Shown piece by piece: positions 56,346-64,000 of a stretch of 64,000 nucleotides of DNA. How positions within the stretch are numbered: position 1 is the stretch's first letter; each line of letters opens with the position of its first letter. The position numbers and the translations under genes were made by a program. The notes beneath the pieces were generated by a model. The model was not told where the DNA came from. It searched no databases and saw only the letters and a program-made list of their open reading frames with translations. This stretch comes from an uncultured Chitinophagales bacterium (GTDB lineage Bacteria > Bacteroidota > Rhodothermia > Balneolales > CAYWCV01), in assembly GCA_964629885.1 (NCBI GenBank), contig CAZVRJ010000008.1, forward strand, positions 4,524 to 68,523, in the 5' to 3' direction.

Positions 56346-57500
56346 TCAAAAATCCCTGAAAAGATCTAAAAGCGGCCAAGCTGAAGATGGAAAGATTTGG
56401 CGGCTTGTGTCCCGATACTCATCGCGATACGGTAGTTTCGTGCGCAGGTGCCGAAATTCCCGAAGCCTTTCTTCTGAAGTAGGGAGCTTGATGCTAGCTC
56501 TGAGACTCCGGTCGTGGTCTAAGAAATCATCAATTAATCGACTTGGCAATAGTTCGCCACCAATGTCCAAAATTTCGTCAATAGAAGGCTTTGGGGTTAC
56601 ATCCGTGTAGAGTTTTGGTCGAACGACATCATCTGGCATTGACGTTTTTCCACTTTCCAAGCTCATCATCATGTGTGCTACTGCCAACTCAGTTGCCTGC
56701 CGTTTTGATCTGTTCGAATATCCGGCAATGTGCGGTGTTCCGACGATGGACATTTCGAGCAGTGTTTCATTGACTGCGGGCTCGTGTTGCCACACATCAA
56801 TGATTGCATCGTCCAGATAGCCTCCGTTTAATGCCGAGATAACGGCATCCTCGTCGGCCACACCACCCCTTGACGCTTGGATGAGTAATGTGCGGTGTCT
56901 AGAGAATAGCTTATTAGAGTCCAGCCATCCTTTGGTCACCCACTTTCCGGTCTCGGTGAGCGGTGTGTGAAGCGTCAAAATCTCGCAATCTAAAACGTCG
57001 TCGAGTGTCGCAGTATAAAAGTCTGGCTCTCTGAGAGAACGGGGTGGGTCGTAGGTCACTACTTGGATCCCTAGTTCATGGGCCAGATTGGCAACGGCAG
57101 TTCCAACGAAACCAACACCAACAATGCCAAGCCTCTTGTCAGCAAATCTCCATCCCCTCTTTTGTGCTGTGTAGATTGCTGTTGTAAGGACGTACTCCGC
57201 CACAGCTTGGGCATTGCAACCGGCAGCAGAACCGACGGCAATTCCTTTCTCGCTCAGCCATGGAATGTCAATGTGGTCATATCCGGCGCTTGCCGTGCCA
57301 ACCCATTTCAGATTCTGGGTTTCTCGTAGAGATTTGGCATTCACTTTTGTGACGGTACGCACCAAGAGCGCATCGCAATCACCTGCATCGGTGGGTAATC
57401 CTAGGTCTGGATCGAATGTTGAAAGCTCTATCGTGTCGGGAATCGACTCCCTAAGTAGATAAATGTGCTTGTCTGCCAGCAGCCGGAATGTCGGTTTCAT
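56346..57500 (-). CDS. pdxB: 4-phosphoerythronate dehydrogenase
   Basis: 384 aa, co-linear by eye with E. coli PdxB (ALLVRTVTKVN; GTASAGYDHID; GIVGVGFVG; HTPL; HIAGYS) and with a C-terminal dimerisation region. Confidence 0.9.
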   Translation of the reverse strand: MKPTFRLLADKHIYLLRESIPDTIELSTFDPDLGLPTDAGDCDALLVRTVTKVNAKSLRETQNLKWVGTASAGYDHIDIPWLSEKGIAVGSAAGCNAQAVAEYVLTTAIYTAQKRGWRFADKRLGIVGVGFVGTAVANLAHELGIQVVTYDPPRSLREPDFYTATLDDVLDCEILTLHTPLTETGKWVTKGWLDSNKLFSRHRTLLIQASRGGVADEDAVISALNGGYLDDAIIDVWQHEPAVNETLLEMSIVGTPHIAGYSNRSKRQATELAVAHMMMSLESGKTSMPDDVVRPKLYTDVTPKPSIDEILDIGGELLPSRLIDDFLDHDRSLRASIKLPTSEERLREFRHLRTKLPYRDEYRDTSRQIFPSSAWPLLDLFRDF

Positions 57501-58000
57501 CCAACTCTTTTACGACGTCTGAGTGCCATTGGTTTATCTAACAACTCACTGACGATGATGGCTTGACGCAGAGCTCCAGGCTGGCGCAAAGCCAATGCAG
57601 TAGGGGAAGGTGGCTTTACCTTCTTTACCATTAATAAATCCTCAATATCCCATCTTTCCTTCTTGTCGGCATCCTTCTTAGCCTGTTTGCGTTTCTTGGC
57701 CATCATTGGATCCACGTACTCGCTGTCGGCCCTGTGCGTTTGTGGCTTCGGCTGACCGACTAGGTCGCTTAAGTCACCGCTCAATATTCTTCCCAAGACG
57801 TCAAGCGCTGATGGCTGCGTATTTTTAGATGGGGCCGATTCTACTTCATCAAGCTCTCTCTCAAGCACTTCGGCTGGGATGTAGTCCAATTCCTCGCCTT
57901 GTTTTTTAGGCGCATTTTGCTTGTTCTTGTTTCGCTGACCGGCCAACAAAGAAAAAAGGCCAATTGCGATGGCTATGACGATGGTTAAGAGATCATCCAT
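57497..58000 (-). CDS. Hypothetical single-pass membrane protein, Lys/Glu-rich
   Basis: 167 aa with N-terminal TM IVIAIAIGLFSLLAG. It overlaps the pdxB start by 4 nt (ATGA). No motif was recognised. Confidence 0.55.
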   Translation of the reverse strand: MDDLLTIVIAIAIGLFSLLAGQRNKNKQNAPKKQGEELDYIPAEVLERELDEVESAPSKNTQPSALDVLGRILSGDLSDLVGQPKPQTHRADSEYVDPMMAKKRKQAKKDADKKERWDIEDLLMVKKVKPPSPTALALRQPGALRQAIIVSELLDKPMALRRRKRVG

Positions 58001-58020
58001 AATTATCCAGCTTTCGTTGG

Positions 58021-60273
58021 TTATCTCCAGTACTTGATGTTTACCGTTTGCCCCTGGGAGTTCTTGACTTCGAGATTAAGTACTGCACCCCCACCTGCAT
58101 CAAAGTGGCAGATTTTGATCGGATGCAATCCATACTCAAACGCAAGTCTCACCGATTTAGTTGCGGCACTGTGTAGTCCGTCGTTGTCGATCTCCACAAG
58201 CCCGTCGACCCAAAGTATGGAACCATCGTCAGACGTCAAAGAGATAGTGTAAACACCATCGAACGGAATTTCCATATAACCCGTCAATATCTGAGCATAA
58301 GGCCCAGTAACTCCTTCGGGCAGTGCAGGTACATCTAATGTGCTGGTTTGATGTGTCAACTCAGGGTTGAGGGCAGAGCATCGGCTTATTGATACGGGAT
58401 ATAATTTTCTATCCAACCCGGGCGTTTGCCCAGACCGCTGAAGACCGGGGATCATTTGGAGGTGTTTCACCTCTAGTTCACGCACATCCGATCTGCGTCC
58501 TGTCGACGTGACCGACACGACCCTTACAGTTGCCATGGCGCCATCCATTAGCGGAATTCGTTGACTGATGGATGGATGGCAGTAGGCGTCTTCGCTTGGA
58601 TCAGTGCCATCGAGGGTATATTGCAGACATCCGCCAAAATGCGCGGCTTCGAGTTGCACCACAGCTTCGTCGGCCAGTGTTTGGATCGGAGAAAAACCGA
58701 TCGGGTCGGGGATTCGGTAGTTTACATTAAACTGATCAAGCATTTGGTACCGAGGACGCACTCGTCTCTGAAAGTCTGCGAAATCACGCTGGTGCTCTGG
58801 CGACCACACCCGTTCTGCGAGTGCCATCATGCGCGGAAAGGCCATGTATTCAACGTGATCGGCCGTTTTCATGTACTCGGTCCACATATTCGCTTGGGCA
58901 CCCATTACATGATGCCTGCGCGATGGATCCAACGATTCTGGTATTGGATCATAGGCATACACTTTCTCGATTGGACTAAACCCGCCAATTGCCAACGGCT
59001 CCTTGCTGGGCTCGGCTTGATAGTGATCAAAATAAAGTGCAAAGCCAGGCGACATGACAACATTGTGTCCATGGCTAGCTGCCTCAATACCACCAGCCTC
59101 GCCACGCCACGACATGACAGCTGCGTTCGGTGCAAGGCCACCTTCGAGGATTTCGTCCCAACCGATGAGCAGTCGGTCGCGGTTATTCAGGAATTTCTCG
59201 ATCCTTCGGATGAACCAACTTTGAAGCTCGTCTTCGTCTTTGAGTCCTTCACGTTTCATGATAGCCTGCGCCTCGTCCGACTCTCTCCACCTTCGTTTGG
59301 GCACTTCGTCGCCACCGATATGGATGTATCTGGATGGGAACAAATTGAGCACCTCGTCGAGTACCGTTTCCAAAAACTCGAATGTGTTTTCTGTTGGGCA
59401 AAATACATCTTCGAAGACACCCCATGTGGTAGCCACTTCAAAAGGTCCTGGGGTACAAGCAAACTCTGGATATGCCGCCAAGGCTGCCAAAGCATGACCG
59501 GGCATCTCAATTTCGGGTACGACCGTGATGTGACGCTCAGCTGCGTAGGCAACAACCTCACGAATTTCATCTTGGGTGTAGAAACCACCATGTGAAATTC
59601 CATCACCAATGTATGGATTGAAATTCTTAGCCACCATCGTTTCCTTGCGCCATGCACCAATCTCTGTCAATTTTGGATAGGCCTTAATTTCGATGCGCCA
59701 TCCTTGGTCTTCGGTAAGGTGCCAATGGAAGGTGTTCATTTTGAAGCGGGACATCAAATCGATGTATTTTTTCACAAATTCGACTGATCTGAAATGGCGA
59801 GCTACATCCAAATGCATCCCTCTCCACCTAAACCTCGGATAGTCTTCGATGCGGGCGTGTGTCAGTTGTGGTTGTTGTCCCGCCGAAATGAGCTGCACAA
59901 ATGTTTGTGTGCCGTAAAAGACTCCGGCTGGATCTCCAGCTATGGTCACACCTGAATCGTAGGCGTCGAGGGTGTAATACTCTGATTTGCCAGTGCTCGG
60001 CGAAATTACAAGGCGAACAAAAGCCGAGCCAGGGTCATTAACGATCGAAGATTCAACGCCGTGAATCAGCATGAGTGATTCGACCAAGAGCTCTGCAGCT
60101 GGTCGTAAAGATTGATCGGCTACATATATACCCAAGTTACCCCGAAGCATGCTGGTGGTGCCATCCGATTGCACCGATACTGGCATTGGCACCAGGGCTG
60201 GAGATTGTGGTTGTGCCACGCATGCAGCTGTGGATACAAAAAAAAGAATCCATGAAAGAAGTTGCCTTTTCAT
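58021..60273 (-). CDS. GH20 beta-N-acetylhexosaminidase with C-terminal PA14-like domain
   Basis: Signal peptide. GH20 catalytic region (FHWHLTEDQGWR; YIHIGGDEV). The C-terminal approximately 140 aa match a PA14 pattern (GYMEIPFDGVYTISLTSDDGSILWVDG). Confidence 0.9.
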   Translation of the reverse strand: MKRQLLSWILFFVSTAACVAQPQSPALVPMPVSVQSDGTTSMLRGNLGIYVADQSLRPAAELLVESLMLIHGVESSIVNDPGSAFVRLVISPSTGKSEYYTLDAYDSGVTIAGDPAGVFYGTQTFVQLISAGQQPQLTHARIEDYPRFRWRGMHLDVARHFRSVEFVKKYIDLMSRFKMNTFHWHLTEDQGWRIEIKAYPKLTEIGAWRKETMVAKNFNPYIGDGISHGGFYTQDEIREVVAYAAERHITVVPEIEMPGHALAALAAYPEFACTPGPFEVATTWGVFEDVFCPTENTFEFLETVLDEVLNLFPSRYIHIGGDEVPKRRWRESDEAQAIMKREGLKDEDELQSWFIRRIEKFLNNRDRLLIGWDEILEGGLAPNAAVMSWRGEAGGIEAASHGHNVVMSPGFALYFDHYQAEPSKEPLAIGGFSPIEKVYAYDPIPESLDPSRRHHVMGAQANMWTEYMKTADHVEYMAFPRMMALAERVWSPEHQRDFADFQRRVRPRYQMLDQFNVNYRIPDPIGFSPIQTLADEAVVQLEAAHFGGCLQYTLDGTDPSEDAYCHPSISQRIPLMDGAMATVRVVSVTSTGRRSDVRELEVKHLQMIPGLQRSGQTPGLDRKLYPVSISRCSALNPELTHQTSTLDVPALPEGVTGPYAQILTGYMEIPFDGVYTISLTSDDGSILWVDGLVEIDNDGLHSAATKSVRLAFEYGLHPIKICHFDAGGGAVLNLEVKNSQGQTVNIKYWR

Positions 60274-60343
60274 GGATTCATAATAAAGAATCGTGATCGA
60301 TTATGCTACTGGAGCATATGCCCAGAAGTCTTGGAGGCTGACG

Positions 60344-60769
60344 TTATTCTACCTTTTTGGCCTCGGCTACTTTGCTTACTTTCTTGCCTGAGAGTATGAA
60401 CGGCATGCTAAGAGCGGTGAGTACCCCCACCATCATCACGAACTCGACAATAAGGTAGTACGGATTCCGTGCGAAAAACTCAATCAGCATGATGAGCCTT
60501 GAAAAGAAGAGAATCAGGTAGAGCATGAAGAACCCCAGCACAAATCCGAGTGTATGAGCAGGCGACATTCCGAGTATACCGCCCTCGCGTTGACTCAGTC
60601 GTGAGAAATAGACTGGGATTCCAAGCATCACCGTTGTGTAGACGATGCTCAACATAAAACCACCAAGGTCAAATGCACGTTCAAGAATAAAAGAAAGAAC
60701 CAACTGTTTACCGACGATGATGACTAAACCTCCAACTAGGCAGAGACGAATCAAATTGGACAGACTCAT
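60344..60769 (-). CDS. Small 4-TM membrane protein, paralog 1 of a three-member local family
   Basis: 141 aa. Shares F..Y(L/I)(L/I)LF..RL.....(F/Y)(F/Y)A.......(V/L)EF....... P(F/V) with the ORFs at 60829..61281 and 62225..62716. Confidence 0.7.
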   Translation of the reverse strand: MSLSNLIRLCLVGGLVIIVGKQLVLSFILERAFDLGGFMLSIVYTTVMLGIPVYFSRLSQREGGILGMSPAHTLGFVLGFFMLYLILFFSRLIMLIEFFARNPYYLIVEFVMMVGVLTALSMPFILSGKKVSKVAEAKKVE

Positions 60770-60828
60770 TAAGTCTCCAGGGTGTGAGTGTGAAAATTAA
60801 AAAAAATGCAGACATGCTGATTATCACA

Positions 60829-61281
60829 TCAAGTTTCTTTCGCAGTATCATCGTAATCGTCGTCATCAAAGTTGATCTTCCTAATGATGAAGGGTATGAA
60901 CAGGAAGATTGCAACGATGGCGATGATAGGAAACTCGAGCATCAACAGGAACGGCTTTTCGGCGTACATGTCGATGAAGATGATCAGTCGCATTACAAAG
61001 AGCAGGAGATAGAGCGCGAAAACGCTCATAGCTATCGGAACCGTGTAGAACTCAACCTTGGGTTGTTGCTTCCTCTCGACGAATTTACTTATAGTCTTGT
61101 TTTCGGTACTTTTCCAATATCCGATGGCTAATATTGTACCAAATACAAGTGCTAAAAAAGTGTCTCTAATATTCGATTCAATAGCATCGTCAACTGAAAA
61201 ATTGGTAAATATGAAGTGTTTTATCAATAGAATGATAAGACAACAAACATAAATCCCGACAACAACAAGCTTGCGTTGCAT
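60829..61281 (-). CDS. Small 4-TM membrane protein, paralog 2 (acidic C-terminal tail)
   Basis: 150 aa. ALYLLLFVMRLIIFIDMYAEKPFLLMLEF aligns with the other two paralogs. Tail is NFDDDDYDD. Confidence 0.7.
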   Translation of the reverse strand: MQRKLVVVGIYVCCLIILLIKHFIFTNFSVDDAIESNIRDTFLALVFGTILAIGYWKSTENKTISKFVERKQQPKVEFYTVPIAMSVFALYLLLFVMRLIIFIDMYAEKPFLLMLEFPIIAIVAIFLFIPFIIRKINFDDDDYDDTAKET

Positions 61282-61308
61282 ACATGGTTGTGCTGAGGGA
61301 GCTAGTTA

Positions 61309-62094
61309 TTAACCAACCTCGATTACATCAGTCGTGCATTTTTCAACGCAGCTCCAGAGGTAGCCAAGTTCAATTGAGTATTGGATGGCATATACTCCTG
61401 CAGATAGGATCACGCAAGTCTGAGCAAATGCACCTGTGAGTCCACATCCACCGAGCGCGGCGGCCAAAAGCACGGATGCAAAAGTTGACTGAACCACGAA
61501 ATTCTCGTAGCAGATCAAATTGCATGGGTTCGTGTCGTTAATACCGTTTTCAGCGATGTGCTTTGCAACGAGTGCGCCAAAGGTTTGGTCTACGAACGCT
61601 TTGATCTCTGCTTCGCTCTTACCCACGAGGCTTGGGTTTTCTTCAAGAACCATGTCGCCAATCGCCATCATTTTGTAGAAAAATTCCTGACCAAGCGGAT
61701 TCTTGGCTGCGACCGATTTCATCATGATGTCAAGATCGGATGAGCCAAGGTCGGTCCGGTTGAATCGAGCATTAGCTGAGGCATTGCTTTTGGCGCGCAG
61801 TGACGCGTTAGAGCTGTTTGTAAACTTCTGAAATTCTTCAACTTGAAGCTTGAACTCGCGGGATTTCGCTTGAGCTTCCCTTGCTTTGACGTCGTTCAGA
61901 ATCGACTCAAACATTTCGCCAGAAGTACTAAATTGAGTCGAAACCTTAGCGGCTTTGTCGAGGAAAGACTCGTTGTCGATTGGTGGTTCTGGAGTATTAA
62001 CCATCTCGGAACACGCTGGCAGCATGAGCCCGACGATAAGCAACCAAGCCGTAAGCTTGGCGAAAGATGTCTTGTGGAAGTTGGTGATTGACAT
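61309..62094 (-). CDS. Lipoprotein with helical N-terminal region and Cys-rich hydrophobic C-terminal domain, unknown family
   Basis: 261 aa. Signal plus LMLPAC lipobox. The last approximately 75 aa contain 6 Cys (CNLIC, GGCG, QTC, SC, EKC) and the Gly/Ala-rich hydrophobic stretch SVLLAAALGGCGLTGAFAQTCVILSAGVYAI. Confidence 0.7.
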   Translation of the reverse strand: MSITNFHKTSFAKLTAWLLIVGLMLPACSEMVNTPEPPIDNESFLDKAAKVSTQFSTSGEMFESILNDVKAREAQAKSREFKLQVEEFQKFTNSSNASLRAKSNASANARFNRTDLGSSDLDIMMKSVAAKNPLGQEFFYKMMAIGDMVLEENPSLVGKSEAEIKAFVDQTFGALVAKHIAENGINDTNPCNLICYENFVVQSTFASVLLAAALGGCGLTGAFAQTCVILSAGVYAIQYSIELGYLWSCVEKCTTDVIEVG

Positions 62095-62224
62095 GTTACC
62101 TCGGATGTTAGTTTATGAAGTCGCTGCTGGACATCAAGCTCTGACTATAATCATTATTTTTGTTATAGCCAAATTTTGGTTGATTTTTACGGTTGTGCAC
62201 CATAGTGTTAGTGGATCTGACCAA

Positions 62225-62716
62225 TTATGCCTCAACCTCTTGTTGATTACCATGTTTGAATACTGGGTACACAAGTGCAACAAGAATGAGGGCCATAAAT
62301 AAAAACTCGAGTGTAAGCATGGTCGAGTTACCGGCATAGTACTCCATCATCATAAACAGTCTGGCTATGAACAGGAGTATGTAGAACATGAATACCGTAA
62401 AGGCTATCGCAAATCCCAACATTCGGGATGGAGCAGCCTTAACCTTCACCGTATCCGCTTTTTTGACGAAATAGATAGGAATTGAAATCATACAAACCGT
62501 CAGCACTAAGTTGATGATTGCATGCACAAGGTCAAGACTCCAGCCGTCGACTCCCGAAAGGACGTAGTATTTGGCAGCGATGGTTATAAAAGCCACCACC
62601 ACTAACACAATCGCCAAGTTTTTTCGAATAGTCTGCACTTGCAATAAGTTCCGCGTGAGTTGGTTGACCGAATTCCGTTCTATACCGCCGACACTTACAT
62701 TAGAGTATCTTAACAA
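62225..62716 (-). CDS. Small 4-TM membrane protein, paralog 3
   Basis: 163 aa. FMFYILLFIARLFMMMEYYAGNSTMLTLEF aligns with paralogs 1 and 2. The TTG start at 62716 is uncertain. Confidence 0.65.
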   Translation of the reverse strand: MLRYSNVSVGGIERNSVNQLTRNLLQVQTIRKNLAIVLVVVAFITIAAKYYVLSGVDGWSLDLVHAIINLVLTVCMISIPIYFVKKADTVKVKAAPSRMLGFAIAFTVFMFYILLFIARLFMMMEYYAGNSTMLTLEFLFMALILVALVYPVFKHGNQQEVEA

Positions 62717-63057
62717 TTTTTATCGAAAAATAAAAATTTTCCAATAATTAATCGTTTGATGGCTCAATAATACACTGCAATCCACACATATTATATCACA
62801 TTTTCAGCAAAAACGCCTTTATATCGATTTAATTGTTATAAAATTTTAAGATTAGGACTATGTTTGTTCGTAATCTTGTCTTTTTCTAATATAGCCACAC
62901 CTCAAATTGCACAACACCAATTATTTATAATTCAATGATTTCAGTGCTTTAGGTGCTTCAGCTACATTTTTCAAAGCAGTTTTCAACTTGATTACATGCC
63001 GAAAATGTGCGTACTTAGGAGTCAAAGTTCACGATCATCGAATGAGTTACATACTAT

Positions 63058-64000
63058 ATGCAAAAGAATGGCCTTGGGGTCTTCGAATTGACCGATCGGC
63101 TACGTAGAGCCGCTTACATCGAAAAATTATCCATTAAGCACGACTCTGGATGGTTCATCTCTGCTCCTGCCTATGAAGTAAAGCACAAGCTTGGATATCA
63201 TGCATGGAATCATGCAGAGCACGTTCGTTGGATCAAGGACCGGCTCATGTTTTTGCGTGGTGGCAAATCGGAGGTTAACGTCGATCCCTCCCTGGCTGCT
63301 TGGGTCGATGCAGCTTTACATGCACCCGACCAGTGGTCCTATATAAGAGGTCAATATCTGGGTGTAAAGAGTGCCTTGCTGAGTTTTTACCGAGAGAGTC
63401 TCAGCTTGGCCGATCCGAGCGCCAATGCTGCCGACCGTTCATTGTTCAAACGACTCATTCCTGAAATTGAGGAGCAGATAGCATGGGCCGAGGAAATTCT
63501 GGAGTTGGATCCAAATCCGACAGCTTCAAAAGGATGGACTAGGGATCTGATCGACATCCTCGACCATATCGGTGGAATAACGTGTGCAAATGCCCGACCG
63601 GTTGGAGAACTTGAGCTACCAGCGCATAGTTTTCGGTTGTCAGACGAAATTCTATTCGACGACCGAATCGCCAACACAGCGCTCATGCCTCACGAGGAAA
63701 AACTCAAGCTACCGCACAGAGAGGCCGTTATCGAGCAGTTTCGCATTTTTTTCAATGAGGCATACGCTGCAGCCATGGCAGCCAGTGTTGTGTTTGAGGC
63801 CTACGAAAAGAACATGGACTTCAATTTCATCCATGATTTCACCCGGCAGTTTTGGGATGAAGTCCGTCATTCCGAATTCGGTGCTGTTCGATTAAAGGAA
63901 CTTGGCGAGGAGCCAGACCGCGTTAACCAAATTCTGTATAAATACAGTATGTCGATGCCCTTACTTCATCGTGTGGCATATTTGACGATGATGCTCGAGC
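63058..64000 (+). CDS. Partial ORF (5' portion, runs off the window), ferritin-like / DUF455-like protein
   Basis: This ORF is not in the supplied track because it has no stop. Hand translation from ATG 63058 is open for 314 codons (MQKNGLGVFELTDRL...FFNEAYAAAMAASVVFEAY...FTRQFWDEVRHSEFGAVRLKELG). It follows a TGA at 63043-63045. An ExxH motif suggests a di-iron ferritin-like fold. Confidence 0.7.
   Translation, partial: MQKNGLGVFELTDRLRRAAYIEKLSIKHDSGWFISAPAYEVKHKLGYHAWNHAEHVRWIKDRLMFLRGGKSEVNVDPSLAAWVDAALHAPDQWSYIRGQYLGVKSALLSFYRESLSLADPSANAADRSLFKRLIPEIEEQIAWAEEILELDPNPTASKGWTRDLIDILDHIGGITCANARPVGELELPAHSFRLSDEILFDDRIANTALMPHEEKLKLPHREAVIEQFRIFFNEAYAAAMAASVVFEAYEKNMDFNFIHDFTRQFWDEVRHSEFGAVRLKELGEEPDRVNQILYKYSMSMPLLHRVAYLTMMLE

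Overview
This 64 kb window looks like a chromosomal segment from an FCB-group bacterium (Bacteroidota/Balneolota/Rhodothermota-like). That placement is an inference from gene content: a CarboxypepD_reg-type TonB receptor, TPR sensor kinases, YfhO and LytS/LytTR. It is densely coded, with about 55 protein genes, one tRNA-Ser(GCT) and no rRNA, CRISPR, transposase or integrase.

Gene content from left to right:
- P1B-4-type metal ATPase and a TPR histidine kinase.
- tRNA-Ser, hpt-tilS-birA, and a CBM48 protein.
- PTS EI/HPr and gatC.
- An envelope-glycan cluster: YfhO, two glycosyltransferases, a methyltransferase, a flippase, a WbpD-like acetyltransferase, a DegT aminotransferase and a FemAB-like enzyme.
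- hisS, a TonB-dependent receptor and amt.
- A Tat-exported PLP enzyme plus a lipoprotein RidA, and a membrane MutS-like ATPase.
- A second TPR kinase, then VOC/ElbB/beta-carbonic anhydrase.
- A Cus/Czc-type RND metal efflux cluster.
- DPP-IV-like peptidase, LytS/LytTR, an AAA+ ATPase, CNNM, another kinase, a cyclase and a crotonase.
- A PspA module, pdxB and a GH20 hexosaminidase.
- A visibly AT-richer cluster of three paralogous small membrane proteins around a Cys-rich lipoprotein.
- A partial ferritin-like ORF that runs off the window end and is absent from the ORF track.

Three signals are not explained by ordinary annotation:
1. A dispersed family of hexamer arrays (CAAGAR/YTCTTG) and heptamer tandem arrays sits at gene boundaries, at 7 array blocks in 6 loci.
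2. The RND pump ORF runs in frame, with no stop codon, through two inverted hexamer arrays into the TolC-like outer-membrane factor. The second array itself encodes the signal-peptide-like hydrophobic segment.
3. The 60.3-62.7 kb paralog/lipoprotein cluster has no recognisable family.

All functional calls come from motifs read by eye in the supplied translations. No database search was run.
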